From Callorhinchus milii (Eukaryota), in NCBI RefSeq assembly GCF_018977255.1, contig NW_024704743.1, positions 31,808,001 to 31,872,000 of the forward strand: DNA of 64,000 bases, given 5' to 3'. A program made the translations under genes and the position numbers. Each line of letters starts with the position of its first letter. Positions within the stretch are counted from its first letter, which is position 1. Below the pieces are notes generated by a model, which worked only from the letters and a program-made list of their open reading frames with translations, made no database searches and was not told the origin of the DNA. Shown in pieces: positions 36,201 to 48,683 of this stretch.

Positions 36201-38809
36201 AATACATTAATGAGTAATTTTGTGACATTTCATAAGAGAATTAAAGTGATCCTATAAAAATCTGTTATGAAATGTAGCAAATCTCACCCAATGGGATCAC
36301 AATTGTCAGATCCCACAAGAGCATTAATAAATAGTGAGGAATGCCAATATCCAGATGACTCATTGGAACTCCGTTCAAATGCTGATCTCAGTTTTGACTT
36401 GTAGTTTGCAACCTGGCAGAGATCGGGTACAATTGTAGCTCCAGATTTACAAATCCTATTGTGAATTTTGCAAGTTGGTCACCTAATATCATCGCTCTCT
36501 TCTTTTTAAATACTTATTAAGCTAAGAGCTGATATTGCTAAGAAATGACCCATTTTACCACTTTTTAATTAGTGGAGTTTAACACAGGCTCACTCATGGA
36601 TGTTCTCTTGATGTGAAAGGTGGTGTATCAAATGCAAGGATTATTTATTATTATTTTTCTATTTGTTTAATGGAATTATAAGTACAGAAAAAACTGATGT
36701 GGGGGTGGTGGGAGGGTGGGGTATGAAGCAGCCAGAGAGGAGGGGAAGGAGTAAGACCATTGGAGATCATCATGATAGGGTGTTAGGGTGTTTGGGAGAT
36801 AGAGTGGGGCAAGGCTTACACACACTTGTAGGATCTTAAAAATCACCTGGTTGTAGGATAGAGAGGCAATGGAGCCTGGTGAGGATAGAGGTGGTGGAGC
36901 TTTGTGCGGGAGCCAATGTGCGTTGTGGAGTTCTGGAAGTCCTAGAATGGGTGATGCTGGAACATGGAGGACAGTAGATTTGGCCAGGGACTGGATGAAA
37001 GGATTAAAGGGGAAAGGTGAAGGTCAAACAACTTGCTAAGATTTCAATTAGCCTCCGTGAGCAACTGTGCGATTCATACAGCCAGGTACACATTGCCTCA
37101 CACTTGCTTACTTTCATTTGTATGTGTATAACGGAATTGATTTAATCACAAAAAGACACAAACACTCAGAAGCACTTAAAATAACCGATGAAAATATTAT
37201 TGTCAGAATGTCCTAACTTCTGAAGTTAGACATTTGCTCCAGAACGCCCCACACTTCAAAATTCAGCATAGAAAAAACACAGAATTTGTTGCCAGCACTT
37301 TTTTGGATAGTGCATGTAATAATTATTCCAATTAAAATGAAAAATTCCACAGTTCTTTGTGAAGTAACATCAGAAAAAAAAAGAAATATGCCACACAAAA
37401 AAAGACGGAGTCCGTGCAAATTATATACAATTTTCTATTTTCAGTAACCCTCGAGAGGCAGCCACTTGGTTTACTAACTAGTGAAAGTAGTGTTTGTGGA
37501 AGTGCATTTCAACCTATTCCCCAGATGTACAGAAGTTGCTATTACCATGTACTAACATGCTATATATCCAGACGAACATGTACTTACAACAATAATCCTT
37601 GCATTTGATATAGTGCCTTTTACGTCAGGAAAATGACTCAAAGTGCTTCACAGGATTTACTGTAGTTTATGATTGTGGATTTTGTAAGTGACGATACCAA
37701 AAAGCTGAAGTTTAAAACAATATTCCGTAGAAATCAAAAACAGCAAGAGGGGAATGAACAAAATAAATTGCTTAACACTTATGTTGAAGTGTTGAAGTGT
37801 ATTAACCCCTAATCGGCATTTTGTTGATGGCTGCACTCTCAGCGCTTCAAGACGCTAACTTGTGTGAAGTGCACTATATGAATTTAAATTGTTGTTGTTG
37901 ACTGGTTGATTCAAACAAATTCCAGTCTCCGTGTGGTAAATGGTTTTGCAGATTTTTAATTCACTTATTTATGTAGTGCTGAAATAAAAAATCGAAACCT
38001 ATAATAAACACTTCAAACCAAAGATTAATTTAAAAAATCTGAAACACTTCAATTCTGCTCACATTATTCCCAAACCCCTTTCTTTCTCATTCTCCTTTGT
38101 TTTATAACTGTAATTTCACTTTTTAATTTTTTTTAAAACTTAATCTGGCCTCCCTAACGTTTTCTGCCGCTAGAAACATTTGTTTGCCTTGTTTTGTTTT
38201 TTCATCTCGCTTTCACTGTCCTTTTAGACGTGCCGAGTCTTTCAAATGAGCAGTTTTTCAAGCAATGATGGTTTCCAGGACATCCACACTATTAAACTCC
38301 CTTTCTCCTCTTACAATTTGACAGGGATGCAGGTTTGGAGTAATTTAACAACTACTGTATTTATTTATCTCATCTCAGTGACTCTGTTCAACGTTGGCAG
38401 TATGCGGCACTACTGGCAATGATCCCTCAACCTGGTTTCTCAGCATGTAAAAGACACCATTCTAGATTGTTGAATTTAGGATGGATTTGCATTATTTTCT
38501 ATCCTGGTTTCTTATTCTGAACTTAAATCAATTGCCTTGGAGCAGGAACTGTGTTAGGGAATGCATTTCACCTCTTGATCAGCAGCCAAAATTGGAACAG
38601 TTGACGATCTCTGAGCCATTCACAGCCACAGCCACTCGCACACATTGTATGAGCAGAGGAATTCAACAGATATAAGATATCAGATATATGGAGCTCACAA
38701 AAATAGTTTTCTTATAGGTTGATCTAACTATTTTGTAACGTTAACAGGGAATACTAGTTCCCCTTGTAACAGCATAATCTCCTGATATGAAAGATGCTAT
38801 ATCAAATGT

Positions 38810-39138
38810 AATAATAATAATAATAATAATAATCCTTGCATTTGATATAGCGCTTTTCACGTCGGGAGGACGTCCCAAAGCGCTTCACAGAACATACTGC
38901 AAAGTGAATTGACTGTATATTTGTGGGTGAACGCGGCAGCCAATTGCACACAGCAATGTCCCACAAACAGTCGTAGATTGAAAATGACCAATTTATTATT
39001 GTTTTTGGTTTTTGAAGGGATTATTATTAGGCGTGTGGAGTAAGGAAACTTGCCCAAGGTTCGCCCTCTGCCTGGAATTGAACTCAGGTCTCTCACTTGC
39101 AAAGCGAGTGCTCTAACTACTGAGCTACAGGACTCCAC
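38810..39138 (-). mobile_element. Full-length young tRNA-SINE, short form
   Basis: Nearly identical to 33788-34116; long (aat)n tail. Confidence 0.95.
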
Positions 39139-40659
39139 GACAATTGTAAGGACAATTATGATTGTTATTATTGTAGTATTGTGCTTATATAATGAACATT
39201 TATAGTATTGTGATTATCTAATGGACAATCACCGATGAATGTAACCTACGCACTTCCTCGTAACATTGCTGACCCTGAGTTATATACTTGCACTTGTGAG
39301 TGAGGTATGAACTGGAAAATGGTTGTAAAGGTTTAGATTGAAAGACTTTGACAAGGGATTTAATAACATTAAGGGACACAAAGAACTGCAAATTCCACTT
39401 CCAACCCATATATCCCTAGATGTCAACAACACTATGTTTGCTCCCCAAACCCAATTCCCTACTCTTTCTGGGTACCCTCTCGTTTCCTCTGTATATGCTC
39501 GTCCAATTCTTTTTTAAGCAAAAACCCAGAATCCTTTTGCCTTTTAACAGTCCTCTCTACCCGCAATCGCACTTTTAACATCAATATTCTGAGATCGAGA
39601 ACTCATCTGCTATCTAAATGCTGGGGCACTATGGTATGAGCGTACAGTATTGATACAGCAATCAATGGGCCGAGCTGAGTGTTTGGTCCTGTGGGCCCAT
39701 TAAACAGGAACATTTGTAATGTTCTGCAGAGTGCTGCGCCTTTCCTCGCGGTTACGTCTGCAGCTGCAAATCCACGTTAAACTCAACAATCCATAACAAT
39801 GTTTGGAAACCACTGTGGAAAAGTGCTTGTATCAGAATCATCTCATTTTCGGCTATTCCCTTGCACTTCATGGGAATGAAAGCAGGAATATAGCCCGACT
39901 TTACGATTTAAGATTTATGTGAATTATGTGCATTATAATGTAAAGAATATCCTGCTCCCTGGTCTTCTAATGCAGCAATTGGCCAGATAGGCTGAAATGT
40001 ATTTATTTGGGTCATAATCATAACAATCTTGTCCGTGATATCCTGTTTTTATAACGCTTCTTAAACCTTTCTCCATAAAGCTGAAAATTATTAGCAGCAG
40101 CCTTTCTGTCACCACATCCAGGATTTGTAGCTGAATCAATGACATCTGGTTGAGATATTTACCAAGCAGAGTTCTGGGCTCAGTGAGGCTACGCATTCAC
40201 ATCTGCAGTCTAGACTTACTGACTCTATGGGTTGGGCTAGATCCCTGTCTTACATCAACTCCTGCCTGGCTATTGTTTACTTAGGTGGTGCTGCCTGATC
40301 TGTTTCATCTTTTGAAATATTTCAGGCATGAGTACTTGGGAGAATGGTAAAACTTTATCAGAACGCCACAGGAACAGGCTGAGCCTAAAAACCATATAAG
40401 CCTATTCTCACCACTGTTGCTTAATTCCATTCTGGTTACATGTTCCTCTAGCATATTAGTGCAGTGAATAGTTGGCATATTCAGTTGATTTTACGCAGAA
40501 GAGCAAACAAATCTCCCACGACTTCAAGAATGTCTCTACTAACACATTTCATTTATAAAGAAGCTCTTTCATTGCTATTGATTAAAATCTGTTCATCTCT
40601 TCGCCAACTCCTTTGTATCTATTAACGTGCCTAGGGACTTAAAGGGGAACTTTCTCCAT

Positions 40660-41030
40660 AGTGAAATCCCATAGCGTAGTAGTTAGTGTCCTTACCTTTC
40701 AAGCAAGAGAATCCAGGTTTGATTCCCGAGTGGAGAAAACTTTAGGCAAGTTTACTTAATCCACCTGCCTCTGTTTATCTATCAGTAAGTAGGAACCCGG
40801 TTGTTAGTTGATTGGCAGATGGCTTTCCAGGGGTAATAAGCTCTCCAAAAAAAATATGATCACTCAATCCACAACTGTTTGCGGCACAATGCTGTGGGCA
40901 ATTGGCTACCGCGTTTTGCCCCCAAACAAAAAAATAGTCAATTCACTTTACAATATACCCTGTGAAGCGCTTTGAGACGCCTCAATTACTTGATAAAGTG
41001 CTATATCAAATGCAAGGAATATTATTATAT
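40660..41030 (+). mobile_element. Full-length tRNA-SINE, long form, older
   Basis: Degenerate tRNA head, ggcaagtttacttaatccacctgcctctgtttatctatcagtaagtagg central block, body and tail. Confidence 0.88.
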
Positions 41031-41449
41031 ATTGTAAGGAGGTGTGTGACACAGTGAAGTTTGTTTAGGGGCGGGAATAGACTCAGAGGAGCTCAGTGCC
41101 ATTTTGATCATTATGAGGCAACTCAATGGTGTGTTTCAATGTGGTTTAAGTCATCGAGATGCACGTTTGTAAACTACCCAAAAAAGATTTGCTAAATACT
41201 TTATCAGTTATTCGAAGATTTCCATTAAAACCCCATGCAGTGCTCTACTGGTTCGGTTTGACAAGCTAAGTTGTACATTTTATGTACATATAAAGTCTGC
41301 TCAGTGAACTTCAGTCTTGATAAGCCAGAAAGCGAAATCAGAGAGAAAATTTGTTCTGGACTTCACTTATACTGTACATAGAATTGAAAAATTCAGTGTT
41401 TCACAACAGATTTGATGTGATAATTAGCACATTGAATCTGTTACTACGC

Positions 41450-42025
41450 CAACTCCCTGCTTGTCAGCCTTCCCAACTCTTCTCTCCACAAGCTGCAGAT
41501 CATCCAGAACTCTGCATTTCATGTCTTCTCCCGCACTAGGCTCTGTGACCCTATCACCCCCACCCTCACCCGGTTCCATTAGCTTCCCAACCTCCAGAGG
41601 ATAGAGTTCAAAATCCTAGTCCTTACCTTCAAGGCCCTCCACGCCTTGTCCTTCCTACCTCTGTGACCTGCTAAATGCATATTGATCTGTCTGTTCCCTC
41701 CACTCAACAGGCTCTGGCCTGCTCCACGTCCCCCGCCCGGCTAGCCCCACCATCAGCAGTCGGGCCTTCAGCTTCTTTGCTCCACCCTTTGAAACTCCAT
41801 CCCACAGTCCCTTCGCCTGCCCCCTCCCTTGCCCCCTTCAAGGCACGTCTCAAGACTCTCCTCTTCGACCACGCCTTCAGCCACCCTACTACCCCTAGTC
41901 TCCCTGCCTTCCACCACCCCTGATCCTAACCCCCCGCTCAAGTCCAAATCCCTGACTGTCCAGCGTCTTGGGACATCCTCCCAATGAGAAAGGCTCCATA
42001 AAAATGTAATTTGGTGGTGTTGTTA
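41450..42025 (+). mobile_element. L2 3' region
   Basis: aagctgcagatcatccagaactctgc (KLQIIQNSA), ttcaaggcacgtctcaagactctcctcttcgac, and tail. Confidence 0.9.
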
Positions 42026-43089
42026 AGAGATGTCACATTTTTTCCATCCATCCCTAAAAGGCTAGTGTTGTAGATCTTTGAAAATATTTTTGTCTGAAGG
42101 CCATTTGGAGACATTTTCAGGCATCATCTAGGACAGTATAAAGAGGTCAATGTCTCCACCGTCTTGACCCAATCTGACTTTTGGCATTTCCCTGTACACT
42201 CCCGCAACCTTCTGATTCAGAGGTGAGAGTGCTACCACTGAGCCAAGCTGACACACCAGGGTGACAACAACTATAAGTTAAAAGGATGAGATCAAAAAGA
42301 GTCAAAGAGCTTTCTTCCTCCATACCTTGTAACACTGTGATTTGGAAAACAATAACAACTTACATTTATATAGCACCCTTCACGGAGGGTAGCGTCCCAG
42401 AAACATTTTGCCTGCTCACAAATTTCATCCCCTCTCTGTTGGTTAAATCGTGATCCCACAATATAGAAATGCTTCATAAAGAACTGATTTGCATTCAGTT
42501 GTGCCTTTGTCACTTTGATAAATTTACCCTAGATTTTTTTGTTTGCTTTATGTGTTCTGAATGTTGTGGTCATCAATGTGAGTGATGGCAGTGCCAGGGG
42601 AATGTGGGCACTGGGGGGTGATTTTCTAATCGCAGGTAACTTTACCTACCTTGGTAGCACAAACATGTCAAAGGAAAATCATTGGAAAGTAATGCTGCTC
42701 TCCATATTAAAGTGAATTATATGGCATGATGCCAGAGCACAGCTTATTCATGATTTAGCCATCAAGATTTGGAAATTTGCTGGCATTTATTCACAAATTT
42801 CAAGATCCACTTGATAAACTAGACTCTTACAATTTGCTAATGAATAATGTCTGTGTACATGGTGTTGACAAATCCCTTAAATTAGTCATGAAACCACCCA
42901 ACAAATTCTGCTTGAGGTTTTCTGGCTTTAAGTACACACCAGATGTCAGGACGTACCACAGAAAATGAATATGTAGAATTATTCTGTCTATTTAAATAAC
43001 TCAAAGTGTTGGCAAAGAAATTAGCGTTCATCAATTTTGTGCCAATGGCTCTGATGCTTAAGAAATTTATTGATCAATAGTCATGGCAA

Positions 43090-43195
43090 ACGTAGACTTA
43101 CATGAAACAGGCCATTCAGCCCAATTAGTCCATTCAAGTGTTTACACTCCACATTTTCCTAATCCCCTCTCCTACACCCTTCTCCCTCATGTATG
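43090..43195 (-). mobile_element. CR1 3' tail fragment, similar to 53140-53260
   Basis: catgaaacaggccattcagcccaa...gtgtttacactccaca. Confidence 0.55.
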
Positions 43196-43591
43196 CAAAC
43201 TTGAAAGGCAACAGAAACTAGATTAAGCTGGCTAATAGGTTAATACGCAGTTTGTAGTTCATTACAAATCAGGATTGAAATAAGATCAAAAGCCATAAGA
43301 ACAATTCTTGAGAAGCTTATAGTTGCATCTCAATGTCATTGTCATGTGTTATTTTATTGCGTTGGATGAGGGGGTGGAGTTTTGTTAAGATGAATGCCCT
43401 TTAACTCATCCTTGCACTTCAACTTGATCCAACTTCCATGCTGAGACAGAGTTCCCACTGGTTGGATCACTCACATCCAGTTACGATTAGGATTCAATAT
43501 TGAAAAACCCTTCGCAAATCCAAGTTCAGACTGCTGTGCCTTAGACCAGCTCTCTTCCAAATATTGACACAATTCACAATTTAAACCCACC

Positions 43592-43722
43592 CTATGCGTA
43601 ATTGGCTATTGCGTTTCGCCCACAAAATATACAGTCAATTCACTTTGCAGTATATTCTATGAAGGGCTTTGAGAAGTCTCGAAGATGTGATAAATGCAAG
43701 GAGTATTATTATTATTATTATT
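43592..43722 (+). mobile_element. tRNA-SINE 3' portion
   Basis: aattggctattgcgtttcgcccacaaaatatacagtcaattcac...(att)n. Confidence 0.88.
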
Positions 43723-44594
43723 TGAGGAGGGATGAAGGCTGGATTTACTGACAGGGCAAGGCAACATCCTAGGTTCCCTGAATGCTAAAGGTATTATACA
43801 CATATTGCATTTCCCGGTGATAACAACAGGTTAATGATATTGTGTAATGCTTTCATTCTAGGTATTAATTTGTTGGCAGCGAATCTGCAGTTGCCCAGTG
43901 GAGCAGTAATTTACATCAGTGGGAATTAGAAACGATTCACGTAGTTGATCTGTCAGTTAGCAGTTGGCTGCCAAGTCTGGGGTCCCAGAAATAATTAAAC
44001 AGGCCCACTAATAGATAAGGGATCAGTCACTCCCAGAAAATAACTGGAATGTCTTGTTAGTGATGACGAGTTCCAAACATTTTAAGACAATTATAACTGG
44101 TGAGAAGAGTTATATTATATTTTGGTCGTCGAATGTTCTGTCAATTTTTAAAATCATTAATCAGAGCTTTCACAAGGATAAATTCACCTCCCGGTTCAGC
44201 TACATGCTCACTACCCTGTGACGATACACCTGGACCTCATACTGAGCAAACAGCAGCTTCATTCAGGCTACATTTTTTTGCAGTCCATCGCAGTTGTCTG
44301 GTAAATAAAACAAAGATGAGAACACATTGCCGTGTTTGCTTTTCTATCAACACAGTGTCAGCACAGCAGTCCTGGAGAATACAGTGGCTGAGTGAGTGAA
44401 TCAATCCAATCCTCGGTGTACTTCATTCTTGGACAGAGCTTGTACAGGAAAGCTTGCGACAAACCAATGTTTTGCTAAAAATCTTGTTCTAACTGTGTAT
44501 TCCCTGCTGTTGAAGCCAATCATCGAAGGAACATGTGTGACTGTGTTATATCCCAGTTATCAAACTGTGAGTTATAGTTCAGTAAACATCCAAT

Positions 44595-46190
44595 GATCAC
44601 AATAATAATTCTAGCACTTGATAATGGGCCTATCATTTCAAAACATTTCAAAGTGCTCATGTTTACAGTAATTATAGTTATTTTTGACTGTGAATTTGTA
44701 GTCAAATGCAACAACAACAACAACAACAACAAAATTGCATTTATAGTGTGCCTTTCGCGTCGGGAGGACTTCCCAAAGCGCTGAACAGTCAGGTGTCGGG
44801 GCCTGGGCATGGGGGAGGGCTAGTCTAGTGGTGAGGGAAGGCAGAGAGGTGGGAGGGAGACCAAAGACACGGTCGAAGAGAAACGTCTTGAGACCGGCCT
44901 TGAAGGATGTGAGGGAGGAAACGAGGCGAAGGGACCGTGGGATGGAGTTCCAGAGTGTGGGGGCAGAGAGGCTGAAAGCCCGGCCACCGATGGTAAGGTG
45001 GATCGGGCAGGAGACATGGAACAGGCCGGAGTCTGATGAACAGAGGGAGCGGACAGGTTGGTAGGGAGTCAGCAGTTCAGAGAGGTAGGAGGGGGCAAGG
45101 CCATGGATGGCCTTAAAGGTGAGAACGAGGATCTTGAACTCAATCCCCTGGGGGATGGGGAGCCAGTGGAGTTGGGCGAGGGTGGGAGTGATGGGGTCAC
45201 GGAGCCTGGGCATGAGAGTACACGAGCTGCAGAGTTTTGGATGATCTGCAGCTTGTGAAGGGAAGAGTTGGGAAGGCTGATGAGGAGGGAGTTCCTATAA
45301 TCAAGCCTTAAGGTGGCAAATGCATGGGTGAGGGTTTCGGCAGCCTGAGGGGTGAGGCAGTGGCGGAGTCTGGCAATGTTGCGGAGGTGGTGGCAGGCAG
45401 TGCCGGTCATGGCGCGGATGTGAGGGAAAAAGGACAGTTCAGGGTCAAACAAGACACCCAGTTTCCTGACTGGCTTAGTGAGGTTGAGTGTGCAGCCATG
45501 GAGGCTGATGCTGTCAGCGCCTGAGGTGCGGAGGCGCTGGCTCGAGCCAATCAGGAGGGCCTCGGTCTTGCTGACATTGAGTTGGAGAAAGTTGCCCCTC
45601 GTCCAGGACTTGATGTCGGGCAGGCAGTCAGTCAGGACCTCAGTAGTCCTAGAGTTGAGGGTGGAGGCAGAGAGATAGAGTTGGGTGTCATCCGCATACA
45701 TGTGGAAATTTACCCATGTCTGCAGATGACGTCACCAAGGGGGAGCATGTAGAGGGTGAAGAGGAGGAGACCGAGGACAGAGCCCTGAAGAACACCGCAC
45801 GAGACGGTGCATGGGCTAGAAGAGAAGTCGTTTGCTGCGACAAAGTGGATGCAGCAGCCATTTTGCATACAGCAATGTCCCACAAACAGCCATGAAGTGA
45901 GTGATCAATTTAGCTAGGGGATCATTGGCCAGGACACCGGGAGAAACTCCCTTCTCTTTTCAAATGGTGTCACAGAATTTTTAATGATCACCTGAACAGG
46001 CAGACGGGACCTGGGTTTAACATCTCATCCAAAGGACTGCACCTCCGACAATACAGTGTATGCCCGGCACTGCACTGGAGTGTCAGGGTACATTGGAGAG
46101 CTCAAAGTCCCCTGCTTGGGGCTTGAACCCACAATCTTATGACCTAGACGAGGAAATGCTACCGATAACATCACAACTACTAAGCCACAC
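44595..46190 (-). mobile_element. DeuSINE split by an L2 insertion (tail 44595-44710; body and head 45849-46190)
   Basis: The two halves rejoin as ...tttgtagtcaaatgca|gcagccattttgc...; Deu domain at 45925-46090. Confidence 0.85.
44710..45848 (-). mobile_element. Young 5'-truncated L2 LINE with intact 3' end
   Basis: MYADDTQLYLS...[45 protein letters not shown]; (caa)n tail; atgca on both flanks. Confidence 0.97.
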
Positions 46191-46639
46191 TGTAACTGAT
46201 GTGTGTTTCTTTGACGATTGTCCTCAACAGCAGGGAACACCTCAGCTGCAGAAGAGTGATTTCAAAGGGATCTACAATGGTTACAGACTGATTGTGCTTC
46301 TCTCTCATAATTTGGCTGAATTCTGTGCTGAGATTATTCCCTTATGCAGGAGCCAATTGTGCTTTATTCTGTATACGCCGCTCTACACCACTGTTAGCTA
46401 TTTTATCAGGTCACAGTTGTTAATCCTTCAGTGTTAAAACTACCTAGCAAATAGTGAAGGATACATTGGAGATCGCTGGCTGTTACCATCGATATTGACT
46501 ATCTTGACAAAATCAAAAATGAACTAAATAGACATTCAATCAAATTACTATGTCAAGTTTATGCTGTACCTTAAAAAAGGTAGCAGGTAATCTTTTGCCA
46601 GAAAATAGATAGAAAACAATATTTATTTATTCTAACATA

Positions 46640-47300
46640 TCGCCCCCCTCTCAATTTTCATTCTTCCTCTGCTGTGGGTATTGCCTCATGTTGCGGTATA
46701 ATTCCAAAGATGCCAGCCTCCTGCTGGTACCTCACCCAAGTGATTATGTTTTCATGTATGAGTCAAGAGGCTATTGGAGTGTGTGTGTGTGAGGGGGGAG
46801 GGGGGAAGATTCAACCCAATCCTGTGCTTACTCATCATCTGCACACAAGGAGCAACAATTTGCACAAAAGTGATGGCTTTCATATAGGAACATGTCTCAA
46901 AATGCTTTACTGAGAAAAAATGGTAGCTTGATCAGTGTTGGAGATAGAGAGGGTAGGAGAAAGTTTGTGCTTGAATGTACAAACAAAGCGGTATTTAGAC
47001 AGGTTTTGAAAGCAGAGAAGGAGGGTGTGAGGCAGAGGGATTTGGGGAGAGAGTTCCACAGAACCTGTGTTTTCTAGTGGGGAAAGCTAGAAAAGAACAA
47101 GAACAGGAATTCTGTCTATTTTTCCCCTGGGTAACCCAGGGGAGCTGAGGTCAAATGTAACACCTCCACTGTTGCTCTGTCTGAGATCAGTTCACACTCC
47201 ACAGGCCAAACTGGATCAAACCTAGGACCTTGATGAGTTTATGTAGCTGAATTGTGCACTGGTTGGTAAGTTTATCATCTAAATTCTAAACCATTGGGGA
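46640..47300 (-). mobile_element. AmnSINE2-like ancient SINE interrupted by an L2 3' fragment (about 46850-47095)
   Basis: ggtacctcacccaagtg...ttcatgtatgag on the left; aacccaggggagctgaggtcaaatgtaacacc...tgagatcag...ggatcaaacctaggacctt on the right. Confidence 0.6.
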
Positions 47301-48683
47301 TGCCTATTTTCATTCTTTGGTTCTGATAATTTATGACATTAGCCAGACCTAATCTCTCTCATTACTGTCTCTGTCAGGTATCACCAGACTCTGTTTAACT
47401 GATTGGTTTTATTAGGCTTAAGACCATCATTTTAAAATTTACAGTCAGGCATAGAATTTTGAAAGCTCTTAAATTCAGTTTTCATTTAGAAGATGTGTTT
47501 TCAAAGATCCTTTAAACAAATGAAAAAAGAGCCTTACAAATCCTTTATGATCATAAGTGTCAAGGCAGTGATCTTAAGGTTAATGTCAGGCCCCTCTATT
47601 TGAACTGTTAGCAAGTTACGTTCCTCCCTACACAAGACCATGGCTCTACACATGGAGCAGATGCATTGAAATTGATGGCTTTTAGAAACACGAGGGACTA
47701 AAATCTGACTATTTCAAACAGTATTCCTTAATTAAGAAATCAGAAGTACTGTAGTTACTGCAGCCCATTGGGATGTCCTCATGATGTGAAAGGTGCTATA
47801 CAAATGTAATTTTGTTATTTTTGTTATTGTTGTTGTTCTAGTAGCTTGTCCCAACTTGTGCAGACTCTTGAATGAAGCTACTTTCGGAGTGGATTTTCCA
47901 CGAGTCAGTGTGGCATACTTCTAGTTACCAGAACAACTTGGAGAATTTTAGACTCCATTATTTGAACAGAAAGAACAATTTGTGCTATTAATAGGGAATC
48001 AATCTTGTATATATGTCCTGTTTGCATATGTGACTGACTAGATCATTCTGTCAGAATTGATCAGGTCAAAATTTGTAGAACAATCGATGCAGCACAGACA
48101 GTGTAGTGAGTTAGCAGATTGAACAAATATATTCAACTAAAATACTTTGGCATCACAATGTAAATTTTTTTTAGGAGTTGGACGGTTGCTATTCAAAATC
48201 ACAAGAGGATGTATTGCTGTGTTTTTACTTCATACTAAGTATAGCATTCCGTTTTTACAGCAACTTGTGTGTGGCGTACAGAGGGAACCTAGCACTGGAT
48301 AGAGACAACTAGAATAACGCTTGCAGCATTAATATCTGGTTAAAAATACAACAACTTACATTTATTTCATGCCCTTCACATAGGATAATATCTCAAGCTT
48401 CTTCACAATGACATGGTCAAACATTGAATGGAAAGGGGAAGGGAAGAAGAAAGAGGTGACCATATGTTGTTTTGAAGAGACAGGTTTTGAGGAGGAATTT
48501 AAAGATACAACAACAATTGGAATTCAAGGATACATATGGACCAGCAGTTTATAACAAGTTGGGTTTTGAAAAGCAAAATGGAGGACTTAGGAAATGTACC
48601 CTCGCTGAAATCTAATGTTTATAACTAAACTGTCATTATGAAACTATCATATCTCAAGTAACTATATTGGTCTCCATTTAGTT

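Noticed and set aside
44355..44390. 36-nt AG/GTGAGT-flanked segment
   Set aside because: No supporting homology; such pairs are expected by chance in 64 kb
44638..45701. Functional reverse transcriptase gene
   Set aside because: 5'-truncated, split by a frameshift and lacking the endonuclease and N-terminal RT; a dead L2 copy
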